Virus record (IMG/VR): IMGVR_UViG_3300025736_000014
Location: 5,708 to 69,707 of that record
DNA from: a virus
Length of the DNA stretch: 64,000 nt
Strand: one strand, 5' to 3'
Shown here: positions 9,731-19,812 of the stretch, in pieces
Position numbering within the stretch: the stretch's first letter is position 1
Layout: every line of letters begins with the position of its first letter
Program-made: the position numbers and the translations under genes
Notes under the pieces: model-generated
Database searches by the model: none
What the model saw: the letters and a program-made list of their open reading frames with translations, nothing else
Told to the model about the DNA's origin: nothing

Positions 9731-10161
9731 AATGGATCTTTTAATGAGGCTAATTCAGACTTATATTCTTTAAGTACTTCTCCGACTTCTTTCGGTGTCA
9801 TAGTGTAGGATGTAGACGAGCCGATATTTGTTCCAAATGTAACACCAGATGATCCACTTCCACCTCCACCTACATAAGTTGTCTCCGTACCCTCAGTTGT
9901 AGTAGTCCATGGCTGCTGTGGGTAAGTAGTAGTCCAGTCTTCAGTTCCTTTCTTTGTATTTTGTGCCAACTGATTTTCTAAACCAGCAATCCTAGCTTCT
10001 AGTAGAGCAATTAGCTGATTAAGGGCATCTTCATCTACAGTTTCTTTTCCACAATTTTTACACACCTTAGTAAACTTACCTTTCTTCTTCCACTCATGGT
10101 CATCAATGAGTTTACACATCACTTCTTTTGGTGGACGTTTTTTAGGACACTTTTTTACCAT
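9727..10161 (-). CDS. small Zn-finger protein, paralog 1
   Basis: MCKLIDDHEW..CKNCG, coiled coil, Thr/Gly-rich tail. Confidence 0.7.
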   Translation of the reverse strand: MVKKCPKKRPPKEVMCKLIDDHEWKKKGKFTKVCKNCGKETVDEDALNQLIALLEARIAGLENQLAQNTKKGTEDWTTTYPQQPWTTTTEGTETTYVGGGGSGSSGVTFGTNIGSSTSYTMTPKEVGEVLKEYKSELASLKDPL

Positions 10162-10927
10162 ATGGCTCCTTATATTTGAATCTTATTGAATCATCGTTTG
10201 GCGTAACACGATTGTGAGGATCAAATCCCCACTTATCTCTAAAATAGGCACGATTAGTTTCATAACTACGTCTGTTCTTAATACCTAACTCCTCATCTAC
10301 TTTAATAGTCCTAGACCCAAAGTGATAAAACAAAGATGAAGCTGTTTTGCCAGCTTTTTGTCCAGCTCTTAAAATCCGATTATGATAATCTCCATCTTCA
10401 AAATATGCTGGTTTATAGCCTTCATCAAAAAGCCCTGGGTATGTCTCTCTTGTATTTAATTCTTTCTTTCTAAGAATCTCTACTGTCTTAGGTGAAATCA
10501 TGAAACATGAGAAGTGTGGATGCTCATCGAAACTATCTCCAATGGGAGCACTATTGATTGTTCTCATATCAATATGTTCTGCTGATGTCCACATAATAAA
10601 CTCTGGGTGATCCTCAGCAAATTTAACTAAGTTATCAATAGCTTCTGGATGAAAGATTAAATCGTTGTTTGGGATAATAATGTAATCAGAATTGTTATTT
10701 AAACCATGCTTAATGCCAATATTCCAAGACTTAGACAAGCAATTCTCATCGTTATTATAAAACGTACCAAGCTTCTTCATGCGTGGTATAAATTCTGACT
10801 TACAGTAGTTATTAACTATCACAATCTCATAATCATGTGATGACTTAATAGACTCAACTGTCTTTTCGGTAAACTCAGCAAGAAGCTCATCTGAGATATA
10901 GATAGGTATAGTAATAGTTACTTTCAT
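10142..10927 (-). CDS. GT2-family glycosyltransferase
   Basis: IVIVNN, NNDL (DxD-like), YFEDGD motif. Confidence 0.85.
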   Translation of the reverse strand: MKVTITIPIYISDELLAEFTEKTVESIKSSHDYEIVIVNNYCKSEFIPRMKKLGTFYNNDENCLSKSWNIGIKHGLNNNSDYIIIPNNDLIFHPEAIDNLVKFAEDHPEFIMWTSAEHIDMRTINSAPIGDSFDEHPHFSCFMISPKTVEILRKKELNTRETYPGLFDEGYKPAYFEDGDYHNRILRAGQKAGKTASSLFYHFGSRTIKVDEELGIKNRRSYETNRAYFRDKWGFDPHNRVTPNDDSIRFKYKEPYGKKVS

Positions 10928-11202
10928 AAATCTTCCAGTAATCTTACCATAGTTATCTCTGCTTTTGTAGGTGGTATTCCCCCCATCTTCCTAATCACTA
11001 TTTCTGCTATTTCTTTCTCACTATAAGCAAATCTTAACTCATCTCTGTTAAAATAGACTCTACCGCTACCCCTTCTTCTACCTTTTGAATAAACAAAAGC
11101 AATTTCGTTCTTTTTTGGTTTGTCAAATATTGCCCACTCACCACCCTTAAGTTTTATTAATTCTTCCTTAATTAAATCTAGCGAGAACTTAAATTCATCC
11201 AT
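10924..11202 (-). CDS. hypothetical protein
   Basis: 92 aa ORF coupled by overlaps on both sides. Confidence 0.6.
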   Translation of the reverse strand: MDEFKFSLDLIKEELIKLKGGEWAIFDKPKKNEIAFVYSKGRRRGSGRVYFNRDELRFAYSEKEIAEIVIRKMGGIPPTKAEITMVRLLEDL

Positions 11203-11896
11203 AGCTTATTTTTTCCCTCCATCTAATTATTTCCTTTATGGTTTTATTCCTGTCTTCATAATGATTCTTGCGTTTATGATATAAGCCAATACCCTTCTCA
11301 TCAAGTTCTATAGCCATATTTGGCAAAACAAAATTCTCAGCGTGTCCAAAATAAGTATTCCCCATAGACAACACAATGTCATCTTGAATCATACCGTTTA
11401 TATTCAAATCTATTTGAGTGGTAATCTGATGTGCGTGAACAAGCTTAGATCGTTTAAAGAATTGTAGTCTACCTAACACAATATCTACCATCGTTGGTGT
11501 ATCAACATCTCTAACATCTTTCCCAGATGTGTACGGAGTGTCTATACTATTACCAATATTCTTACCATAAAAACCTAAAATAGCTTCTGGGAATAATTGT
11601 GACTGTTCGATTAAATATTCAAGCGTATTAGGTTTAACTGTCAAATCATCATCTATAAATAAACAGTGTTCAGTTCCAGACAATAACCCAATTGAATGTC
11701 TAGCTACACAGCTAAAATTATGACTAGAGTTAATACAAATCTGGTTATCTAAATGAGGTTTAAGTTCTGTCTTCGGATCGTTATTCCAGACAATTATCTT
11801 ATCGGGTTTAACTGTTCCTTTGTCTAAATCTTCAATCAACCTAGTAACGTTTGATGCTCTCTCTGGCCAATAATGCAGAATAATTACTGAGATCAT
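11195..11896 (-). CDS. GT-A fold glycosyltransferase, tandem copy B
   Basis: IIVWNN, LFIDDDL, DDIVLS motifs; close paralog of 11941-12639. Confidence 0.8.
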   Translation of the reverse strand: MISVIILHYWPERASNVTRLIEDLDKGTVKPDKIIVWNNDPKTELKPHLDNQICINSSHNFSCVARHSIGLLSGTEHCLFIDDDLTVKPNTLEYLIEQSQLFPEAILGFYGKNIGNSIDTPYTSGKDVRDVDTPTMVDIVLGRLQFFKRSKLVHAHQITTQIDLNINGMIQDDIVLSMGNTYFGHAENFVLPNMAIELDEKGIGLYHKRKNHYEDRNKTIKEIIRWREKISYG

Positions 11897-11948
11897 ACCA
11901 TAGTTATCTCTGCTTTTTTAGAATTAATGAAAACTTAAATTCATCCAT
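11896..11948 (-). pseudogene. internally deleted remnant of the 92 aa gene (10924-11202)
   Basis: keeps the ATGGATGAATTTAAGTT start and a 22-bp match to the 3' part (11896-11917 = 10945-10966). Confidence 0.75.
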
Positions 11949-12639
11949 AACCCATCCTTCTACTCCATGCTAATATTCTCTTAAGAGACTTATCCCTTCT
12001 TGGATAATGATTTTTAGTGTAGTGATAACCAACACCCTTCTCATCAAGTTCTATAACCCGATTTGGAAAAATATAATTACTCTCCATCTCAAATATTTTA
12101 TTAGCCATAGATAGCACAATATCTTCTTCAACAACTCTATTAATCAATAGATCGACCTCTGTCTCTAACTTAAAAGCGTTAGCAAGTTTTGTTCTTTTAC
12201 AAAAGTGTATTCTACCTAAGACTATATCTACCTTTCTCATAATATCAACGTCTTTAATATCATGACCAGAAGTGTATGGATGATTTACATCTAGACCGAT
12301 ATCCTTACCATAAAATCCCAATATAGATTCTGGGAAGATTCCAGACTTTTTAACTAAAAACTCAAGCGTATCTCTTTTTACCGTCAAATCGTCATCTATA
12401 AATAAACAGTGATCTGATTCAGAAATTAACCCAACAGCATACCTAACTAAACAGTGAAAATTGTGACTGGAGTTAATACAAATCTGATTGTCTAGATGAG
12501 CTTCTATCTTTGACTTTGGGTCGTTGTTCCAAACGATTATCCTGTCTGGTTTAACAGTGCCAGAATTTAAGTCTTTTATAATCCTGGCTATATTACCAAC
12601 TCTTTGTGGCCAATAATTAAGAATTACCGCAGAGATCAT
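11941..12639 (-). CDS. GT-A fold glycosyltransferase, tandem copy A
   Basis: same motifs as copy B. Confidence 0.8.
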   Translation of the reverse strand: MISAVILNYWPQRVGNIARIIKDLNSGTVKPDRIIVWNNDPKSKIEAHLDNQICINSSHNFHCLVRYAVGLISESDHCLFIDDDLTVKRDTLEFLVKKSGIFPESILGFYGKDIGLDVNHPYTSGHDIKDVDIMRKVDIVLGRIHFCKRTKLANAFKLETEVDLLINRVVEEDIVLSMANKIFEMESNYIFPNRVIELDEKGVGYHYTKNHYPRRDKSLKRILAWSRRMGYG

Positions 12640-13571
12640 ATCATGAAGTATGGAACTTCATCTTTCATATCTGCTGGCACTTTCTTCCACCAATCAACAC
12701 ACTTTTTAATGCCATCTTGGAAAGATGTCTCTGGTTTCCAGCCAAAATCGTCTAACACTTCTTCACTGGTCACGTTTTTCAGCTTAGGCTCTACTCTAGC
12801 TTGCGTAATATAGGAAATCTTAGCTGGATAGTGTTTGACAACTTCTTCAGCAATTTCGCGAATAGTAACAAACTCAGGACTGCCTAAGTTATAAACCTTA
12901 TTATCAGCTTTTTTGTCAAGCAATCTAACTTGGGCATCACACATATCTCCTACATATAGGAAGTTTCTACCCTGTAGACCATCACCCATAATTGAAATCA
13001 CTTTATATTTCTCTGCTTGTTGCATAAAAGCTCTCACAACTAAGCCATCCCACATACGCTCACCATAGGGAATCCCGTAACGCATGATAGTAAAATTAGG
13101 TGCTTTTTTCTCCGCAAGCATCGCATAAAATACCATCTCACTAGAGAGTTTCGTTGCACCATAGATTGTATTCATCTTGTGAACTTCAAAAGGATCTAAT
13201 TCGCTCACTACATCGCCTACCTGAAGCCCTGCCATCCAAGTGCTAGATGCGTACAGAACACGGGGTATATCGTTCTTTAAACAGGCACTAGCGACGTTAA
13301 AAGTGCCTTGTAGGTTCGTTCCATATGCTTTTCTTGGAAATTGTCCGCACGCACGAGCATTAGCAACAGCCGCTAGGTGGTAAACAGCGTCATAACCACT
13401 AATAACATCATCTAAATTCTCTCTAATATCTTTATTAATCCACTTTGTTATTAAAGAGCTATCGACTGGTTTCCTAACATCTAAAATATCTACCTTATGC
13501 CCTGCAGCTCTCAGCTTTTCAACTAAGTGAGAGCCGATAAATCCTGAACCGCCAGTAACTAGAACTTTCAT
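12636..13571 (-). CDS. NAD-dependent epimerase/dehydratase (extended SDR)
   Basis: TGGSGFIG, HLAA, YxxxK (YGATK). Confidence 0.92.
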   Translation of the reverse strand: MKVLVTGGSGFIGSHLVEKLRAAGHKVDILDVRKPVDSSLITKWINKDIRENLDDVISGYDAVYHLAAVANARACGQFPRKAYGTNLQGTFNVASACLKNDIPRVLYASSTWMAGLQVGDVVSELDPFEVHKMNTIYGATKLSSEMVFYAMLAEKKAPNFTIMRYGIPYGERMWDGLVVRAFMQQAEKYKVISIMGDGLQGRNFLYVGDMCDAQVRLLDKKADNKVYNLGSPEFVTIREIAEEVVKHYPAKISYITQARVEPKLKNVTSEEVLDDFGWKPETSFQDGIKKCVDWWKKVPADMKDEVPYFMI

Positions 13572-13573
13572 AT

Positions 13574-13732
13574 TTAACCCCTTAAGTTATATTTTTTAAC
13601 AATTAAGTCATAAATCTTTTCATAATCTTTAGTTGGACTATCTAGAAAGGCATAGGCTCTTACAAAAGCCCAAAGCAATACTGATCCTGGTAGCTTCCAT
13701 GCTATCCATCTAGCAAATTTATAATCTGTCAT
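13574..13732 (-). CDS. 52 aa hypothetical protein, not in ORF track
   Basis: MTDYKFARWIAWKLP..., ATGA overlap with the DegT stop; fills the gap. Confidence 0.55.
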   Translation of the reverse strand: MTDYKFARWIAWKLPGSVLLWAFVRAYAFLDSPTKDYEKIYDLIVKKYNLRG

Positions 13733-14850
13733 AAATGCTCCTTTATATTCTTTTTAATAATTTTGATTACATAGTTTATCTCCTTTTCAGTCATGCCATA
13801 CCATGATGGCATACAAATCATCCTTTTTATCTTCTCTAGCCAAACTTCATTCATATTAGTCATGACCTTATCTTTCAAATAAACTGGTTGTTCTGGTAAT
13901 GTCCAATCATAAACGTTTCCTTGAAATTTAACTCCATCTTTAGCACATCGTTCGATAAACTTAGACTTATCAATATTAAATGCTAAATAGGCAATTATCT
14001 TATAGCCGTTAAAAGAGTGTTTCCCCTTTGGCTCTGGATTAAAAGATAACCCAGTAATAGCATTAAGTTTCTTTCCATATAATTTCCTAATTTTCTTTCT
14101 ATTATTGATTATCTTGTCATCTTCAATCTGCGGAAGTAATACAGCAGCAGAGAATTCACCCATACGACAATTCCAACCCTTTGCATAATGATATGACACC
14201 CAAGGATTATCTTTCCCAAAATTACGATACATCTTTACATGATATGCATAATTAGGATTATCAGTTAATACTGCACCACCCTCACCACCAGTAACAACTT
14301 TAGTGGCAAAAAAGGAGTAAGCTCCTATATCAGCGAAAGTCCCCGCATGTTTTCCTTTAAGAGTACTACCATATGCTTGACAAGCATCTTCACACACCCA
14401 AAGTCCATTACTCCTACAGGCACGGATAAATCTCTTAACATCCTGTGGGATATTACCACCCAAGTCAACGAAAACAGCACCAACACAATGCTTCATGTAA
14501 TTCTCCAAGTCAGCATCATAAATCTTATTGAAACCGTTACAATAAAAAACGGTTTCGAATCCAAGTCTCTCAAAAGCTAAAGAAGTAGCTAGAAAAGTAT
14601 TTGCGGGTATCAGAACTTTTCCGACACCATGCTCTTTCCTAAAAGCATAAGCGGCTGACTCTAGAGCAGAAGTTCCACTTGATACAGCGAAGAAATTTTT
14701 AACCCCAACCTTCTCTTTAATACGATCTTCTACTTCCCTGACATATTTTCCAGTTGCAAACATCCCAGAATCCAATACATCACTTATATTTTCCTTAATT
14801 TTACTTTTAAGTGTTTTTGATAAATCAATCTTAAAACTTGGTAATTCCAT
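13729..14850 (-). CDS. DegT/DnrJ/EryC1/StrS PLP-dependent sugar aminotransferase
   Basis: SSGTSAL, EDACQA, SFFATK catalytic Lys, GEGG, GWNCRM. Confidence 0.92.
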   Translation of the reverse strand: MELPSFKIDLSKTLKSKIKENISDVLDSGMFATGKYVREVEDRIKEKVGVKNFFAVSSGTSALESAAYAFRKEHGVGKVLIPANTFLATSLAFERLGFETVFYCNGFNKIYDADLENYMKHCVGAVFVDLGGNIPQDVKRFIRACRSNGLWVCEDACQAYGSTLKGKHAGTFADIGAYSFFATKVVTGGEGGAVLTDNPNYAYHVKMYRNFGKDNPWVSYHYAKGWNCRMGEFSAAVLLPQIEDDKIINNRKKIRKLYGKKLNAITGLSFNPEPKGKHSFNGYKIIAYLAFNIDKSKFIERCAKDGVKFQGNVYDWTLPEQPVYLKDKVMTNMNEVWLEKIKRMICMPSWYGMTEKEINYVIKIIKKNIKEHL

Positions 14851-15535
14851 ATTTACCCTTCTCCCAATATTTTCTCCATGCCGATTTGCCTTTATATATA
14901 ATTACAGAGAAAGAGTGAGGCATGTATGAGTGATCTATAACCACTCTTTCTGACAAAGTATGAGCAAACTGAAAAACCTTTTCTGGATAAAACAAAGCCT
15001 GAGCTTCTTCATCAATCGTTTTGTAGGCCGATAAAAAGGTAACATATACCCCCTCACTCGCTTCGTGAACCATCTTCTCTAACATCTTCTTAGCATAAAC
15101 AACTGTGTCAGGCATATTTCCAAACTTACGATCAAAAATAGAAAAAGCAATTATCACATCCACACCACCTTCTACGTCAACATCTAAATAGTTCTTTTTC
15201 GCCCAAGTGGTGTTAATTTCTCCACCATATTCTTTATCGAGTTCTTTAGCCTCTTTTATCATATCTTTTAACGGATCAATCCCAGTAAATCTAGATGGCT
15301 TAATTCCCCTATCAACAAGATACTTTAATAAATCTCCCCTTCCACAACCAACGTCTAAAACTTTCTTCCCGTCTAAACCAAAATATCTCAATATGTTCTT
15401 GAATCTTTCAATCTGAGATGGAATAGACCCATATAAATTATTCCCCTTTTTAAGCTCTTGTAAATAATAGTCATCAACTACCTTTTGATCGAATTTCTTA
15501 GTAAATTTATTCATGTTGACTCTTCCAATCATCAT
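14831..15535 (-). CDS. class I SAM-dependent methyltransferase
   Basis: VLDVGCGRG motif I. Confidence 0.85.
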   Translation of the reverse strand: MMIGRVNMNKFTKKFDQKVVDDYYLQELKKGNNLYGSIPSQIERFKNILRYFGLDGKKVLDVGCGRGDLLKYLVDRGIKPSRFTGIDPLKDMIKEAKELDKEYGGEINTTWAKKNYLDVDVEGGVDVIIAFSIFDRKFGNMPDTVVYAKKMLEKMVHEASEGVYVTFLSAYKTIDEEAQALFYPEKVFQFAHTLSERVVIDHSYMPHSFSVIIYKGKSAWRKYWEKGKYGITKF

Positions 15536-17924
15536 AGTTCTTATATCGTTTGATTATTATACCATGTTTAGCACATTCGTCAACAAATTCCCCTGTTCCG
15601 AACTTCTGTCTTTCACACATCTCTGATCTATACCAACGACCTTCTTCTTTATATGGAAGTCTAAGTTCGTTATCTTTTTCTAACTCAACTTGTTGGGCTA
15701 GAGAATAATATGTTTTATCTCCATCCTTTGAATGGTCAATTCCAATCAAATTAATTCTTCTAGCACCCATGGTTAAAACAGCAAATAATATGCTATGTAA
15801 TACTGTAGAATATGCTCCAGCAATAACTGGTTCATGCTTAATTGCCTTTCTTATCAACTTCCTGAAATCAGTGCCAAGCAAATAACTTTCATCTTTAGTA
15901 TATCTAACCAGAATTGGGAGTGGTTTTCCTGAAGATGCTCCAAGATCGTTACCAAGATAATATTGTACTGGAATATCTGGATGAAAGGGATTAGTACAAA
16001 TAAGTTTTTTATCAAAAAATTCTGGCTTCGATTTTAGAAAATATCTAATAATCGGACTTTCACAAACACCACGGTACGAAGCATCTGGAAATTTAAGATA
16101 AGCCAAGTGTAATGTTACCCCAGTTTTATCATCTAAAAAATTATCTGGATAAGTATCCAAAGACGGTCCTGAGCCAGCAATATAAATATCTTTCCCGCTC
16201 ATAAGGTTTTTCTTATCCTCTGCATACTGCATCTTCGCTCTAAATTTATATCTATCAATATTACCCCCAAATCCTTTTACAATTATTTTGTCAAACCCGC
16301 GATCTTTCCAGAACTCTTCGTTTGTAAAACTATACATACCATCATACCCAACACCTTTATATCTTAAAGTTTCAGTATGTAACCCCAAATATCCAACCCT
16401 ATAAGCACAAAATTCAAGCACAAGGTCTGTATTAGGTTCAGGAGCAATCTTTGATAACTGTTTGCGTTTGTTTGCTAAATAACTAGCTCCACTAATCAAA
16501 TCTTTATAATCACAATCTTTAACGATTTCCATATACTTCTCGAAATATGGTTTAATATCTTTCCATGTTTGTTTCCAAAAACCCTGTTCCCATCTTTGAG
16601 CAAAACCATATTGAACCTTATCTCTTAGGTGTTTCTCAAATCTATTATCCCCTTCAAATTTACCTCGAATATATGATGTTTGCAAAATCCCAGCTTTTTT
16701 ATTATCTTTAAACTGTTTGAATAGTGTCTTAATCGTCTTAATATAATGTCTATTAAGATTTAGATCATTATCTAGCATCATCACATACTCATATTGTGGA
16801 AAAAGTGTTGATAGCATCTCATATTTTTGAATGGCAGTCTGATTATTTTCGTGCTTGAAAACAATTGTTTTGTTTGGTATGGGTGACACTTGGATAGCCC
16901 TTAAACACTTAAAAGCATCCACATCTTGAGCATATCTCTTCCCAGAGAAAGGGTTTATAGCACCATCTATATAAAAATAAAAATCAACATTACGTGGGTA
17001 GTTCTTTTTTATATCTGACAATAAAAGCTTTAACCTCTCTACCCTCTTGAGTGTTCTTATCGCTACGCAAAGCTTGTTCCTAAAAACCTTAAATTTTTTG
17101 ACATTATTCACTTTGGGCAAAATAATTTTATCTAACCCTGACTCCTCCCACTTTTCAGGAGTAAAAGTATATAAACCATGAATGCCAACGCCTCTATGTC
17201 TAGGAAGTCGAGTACATACTCCTTTTAACCCCGATATAATCATGGCGATTTCAATAGATTCATCAACGTGAAACGAGCCATATTTCTCAAGTAATTTTTC
17301 CCTGATCGTGCCAAAATTAGGCTCATGGAGTAATTGTTTAAAATCATAATTTTTAAGCTCATCATAGAGTGGTTTCAACTTAGGCCAAATCTTTTTCCAG
17401 CTACGCTTCCATAGTCCTTGTTCCCATCTCCTAGAAAACGTAAACTGAATTTGATCTTCCAACTCTAATACTTTCTTGCTTTTTAAAGGAACATCTAAGT
17501 AGCTTCTTAAAGAAGTTTGAATCATTCCCACTGATGGGTTTTTCCTAAACTGTTCAAACAAAGTCAACAAAGTTCGAACATAGTATTTGCTAAAAACAAG
17601 ATCGTTATCTACCGACACCACATACTCGTATCCTTTGGAGAATAACTCTCCAAATATCATCAATCGTTGTAAACCAGCCCCAATATTATCTTTATGTTGT
17701 CTAACAAATCTATTAGGTAATTTTGATTTTTTGAATAAATCAACGCACTTCTGTATCGTTTTGCCATCAACGTATTGCTCGCATGAGCATGAATTTACTC
17801 CGCCATCTTGATATAAATAGAAATCAACTTTATTAAGACTCAAGTTTTTCTCTAAAGAACTTAAGCACTTTTTTAGATATTCTGGTCTATCTAGACTATT
17901 AATAGCAATCGCCAATTTGTTCAT
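15507..17924 (-). CDS. fusion of two GT-A domains and a DUF115/Maf-like domain
   Basis: two internal repeats (DNDL, SRRWEQG/AQRWEQG) plus C-terminal AGSGPSL..IGID domain. Confidence 0.7.
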   Translation of the reverse strand: MNKLAIAINSLDRPEYLKKCLSSLEKNLSLNKVDFYLYQDGGVNSCSCEQYVDGKTIQKCVDLFKKSKLPNRFVRQHKDNIGAGLQRLMIFGELFSKGYEYVVSVDNDLVFSKYYVRTLLTLFEQFRKNPSVGMIQTSLRSYLDVPLKSKKVLELEDQIQFTFSRRWEQGLWKRSWKKIWPKLKPLYDELKNYDFKQLLHEPNFGTIREKLLEKYGSFHVDESIEIAMIISGLKGVCTRLPRHRGVGIHGLYTFTPEKWEESGLDKIILPKVNNVKKFKVFRNKLCVAIRTLKRVERLKLLLSDIKKNYPRNVDFYFYIDGAINPFSGKRYAQDVDAFKCLRAIQVSPIPNKTIVFKHENNQTAIQKYEMLSTLFPQYEYVMMLDNDLNLNRHYIKTIKTLFKQFKDNKKAGILQTSYIRGKFEGDNRFEKHLRDKVQYGFAQRWEQGFWKQTWKDIKPYFEKYMEIVKDCDYKDLISGASYLANKRKQLSKIAPEPNTDLVLEFCAYRVGYLGLHTETLRYKGVGYDGMYSFTNEEFWKDRGFDKIIVKGFGGNIDRYKFRAKMQYAEDKKNLMSGKDIYIAGSGPSLDTYPDNFLDDKTGVTLHLAYLKFPDASYRGVCESPIIRYFLKSKPEFFDKKLICTNPFHPDIPVQYYLGNDLGASSGKPLPILVRYTKDESYLLGTDFRKLIRKAIKHEPVIAGAYSTVLHSILFAVLTMGARRINLIGIDHSKDGDKTYYSLAQQVELEKDNELRLPYKEEGRWYRSEMCERQKFGTGEFVDECAKHGIIIKRYKNYDDWKSQHE

Positions 17925-18484
17925 AATTTATTTGCTCGAATGATTGTTACTTCATCGACTCTATGTAGGTTGGTACGATATGATTTAATTACTTTAAACA
18001 AGTCTATCTCCCATCGACCAGATATAAAAAATCTTTGCCAATCTTCAAGGGTTGCAATCCTCAGCATCGTGTCGATTGGATCCTCATGGTAGGGATAGCC
18101 TGTTGATGGACAACTTGCATAACACACACCCTTTGACTTTAATACTCTATAAATCTCAGAAATAGCACTATGGGGATAAAACAGATGCTCTATTGTATTA
18201 GTGAATAGAACAGCATCATAGATTTTGTCTCCGACTTTTCTTCTCATATCTTGGCAATCACAAATAATATCAACGCCTTCCCCCTCAACCATATCTAATC
18301 CATGAATCTTATTTTTTCTATACATCAATGGGTTAATAACATCATCAAGGCACCATGGGTGGTATCTTATTAATTGTTTTGTTGACATACTTCCTATGTT
18401 TAAAATCGTTTTCTTTTTTAAACCTTTAAGTAGTACTCTTAGAACTTTTGCCTCTTCAAGTAACATATTTTTTTGCCTCATCAT
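17921..18484 (-). CDS. SAM-dependent methyltransferase (type 11-like)
   Basis: ILNIGS, GLDM..GVD, IEH, YPYHEDPID. Confidence 0.75.
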   Translation of the reverse strand: MMRQKNMLLEEAKVLRVLLKGLKKKTILNIGSMSTKQLIRYHPWCLDDVINPLMYRKNKIHGLDMVEGEGVDIICDCQDMRRKVGDKIYDAVLFTNTIEHLFYPHSAISEIYRVLKSKGVCYASCPSTGYPYHEDPIDTMLRIATLEDWQRFFISGRWEIDLFKVIKSYRTNLHRVDEVTIIRANKL

Positions 18485-19220
18485 AACTTTTAATCCAATT
18501 TATCTTCGTATAAAACTTAGACCTATTAATTATCTTTTCAGTTCCCTCTTTCATCAGTTTGCCTTTCTTTGCATAAGGCGTAGATGTGTCTCGATATTGG
18601 TTATTATCATTAGCAAGTTTAAAGTGTTCTAAACCATCTTTAGATTCATGATTACAACCAATAATATTAATTGGTTTCCCATGCATCATCAGTGCTACAT
18701 ATAAAGCTCCATGAAGACATGTTCCCCAACCACCGAAGTCAACTCCTCTTGCGTGCCATGCCCTAACAACGCTTGTCTTTTTTGGATAAGGTCTAAGTGC
18801 CAAGAAATAATAATTTTCTCTGTCTAAGTCTATCAAAGAATTACACTCTCTCTCTGTCTTGTTATAGAAGGGGAAAGCAAAAATATTATCTTTATCTAAA
18901 TACTCTGGACGATTCTCTTTAAACCACTTCACTCGATCATATTCGTTAGCATATCTATAGGTAGTGTTTGGGAACTTAAGATACGCTAGATGTAGTGCTA
19001 TAGAGAACTTATGGTGTAGGAAATCGTCTGGATACTCATCAAGTGATGGTCCAGAACCAGCGATCCATATTGGAGCGTTTTCTAAAATATTCTCAGCTTT
19101 TTTTGCTAAATTTGTTATCCACTTCATGAATTTTCCTTGTTTCAAGTTTAGTAATCCACTTTCTAAAATAGTATTCCCTAACCTCCTGAAATTCATCCCC
19201 CTTGTGTAGTGCTGTATCAT
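18456..19220 (-). CDS. DUF115/Maf-like protein, paralog of the C-terminal domain of 15507-17924
   Basis: IAGSGPSLDEYPDDFL..HLAYLKFP; true start probably near 19127. Confidence 0.65.
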   Translation of the reverse strand: MIQHYTRGMNFRRLGNTILESGLLNLKQGKFMKWITNLAKKAENILENAPIWIAGSGPSLDEYPDDFLHHKFSIALHLAYLKFPNTTYRYANEYDRVKWFKENRPEYLDKDNIFAFPFYNKTERECNSLIDLDRENYYFLALRPYPKKTSVVRAWHARGVDFGGWGTCLHGALYVALMMHGKPINIIGCNHESKDGLEHFKLANDNNQYRDTSTPYAKKGKLMKEGTEKIINRSKFYTKINWIKSYDEAKKYVT

Positions 19221-19812
19221 CGGTCGCTTCTTTCAATAATTCATATTTATCAGTAGCAACCACAGTCATCTTCTCAACCTTACCACACACTTTAAGCCAG
19301 TGTTCCCACCACCAATCACCCATAACGAATATCTGTTTACCAGAGAAAAACCTGGTAGGAATGCTCATAGGATCAAACCCAACAAAGTTCTTTTTATGTC
19401 CTAAGATACAAAGCCCACAAAGATAATCAACATCTGTATCTTCTTTGAGATTTTCACCTCTATATCCAGTAGCATCATAGTAAGTTGCCCCAGTAAACTT
19501 CTTTCCCATAATCCCAACAAGTGATTTGTCAGTCCAAGACCCAAGTAAATCTCCAGCTAAATCGGCTTTAGCAACCAAGTCATCATCTCCCCAAATAATC
19601 AGCTTGTTTTTAGCTAAAAGTGGGGCAACATATCTAAAATATGTTCCATAATTTTTATTGCTATTCAATACAATCACTGGTAGATCAGTTTTAAAAGTTC
19701 CAGAGTTATCGCAAACAATAACCTCATCGACCTCGTCCTGATCTAGCCATGACTGAATAACTCTTTCAAAATTATCAAATCGTTTGTAACAAAGAAGTAT
19801 CACTGTTATCAT
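19093..19812 (-). CDS. GT-A fold glycosyltransferase
   Basis: LLCYKR, IVCDNS, WGDDDL. Confidence 0.8.
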   Translation of the reverse strand: MITVILLCYKRFDNFERVIQSWLDQDEVDEVIVCDNSGTFKTDLPVIVLNSNKNYGTYFRYVAPLLAKNKLIIWGDDDLVAKADLAGDLLGSWTDKSLVGIMGKKFTGATYYDATGYRGENLKEDTDVDYLCGLCILGHKKNFVGFDPMSIPTRFFSGKQIFVMGDWWWEHWLKVCGKVEKMTVVATDKYELLKEATDDTALHKGDEFQEVREYYFRKWITKLETRKIHEVDNKFSKKS

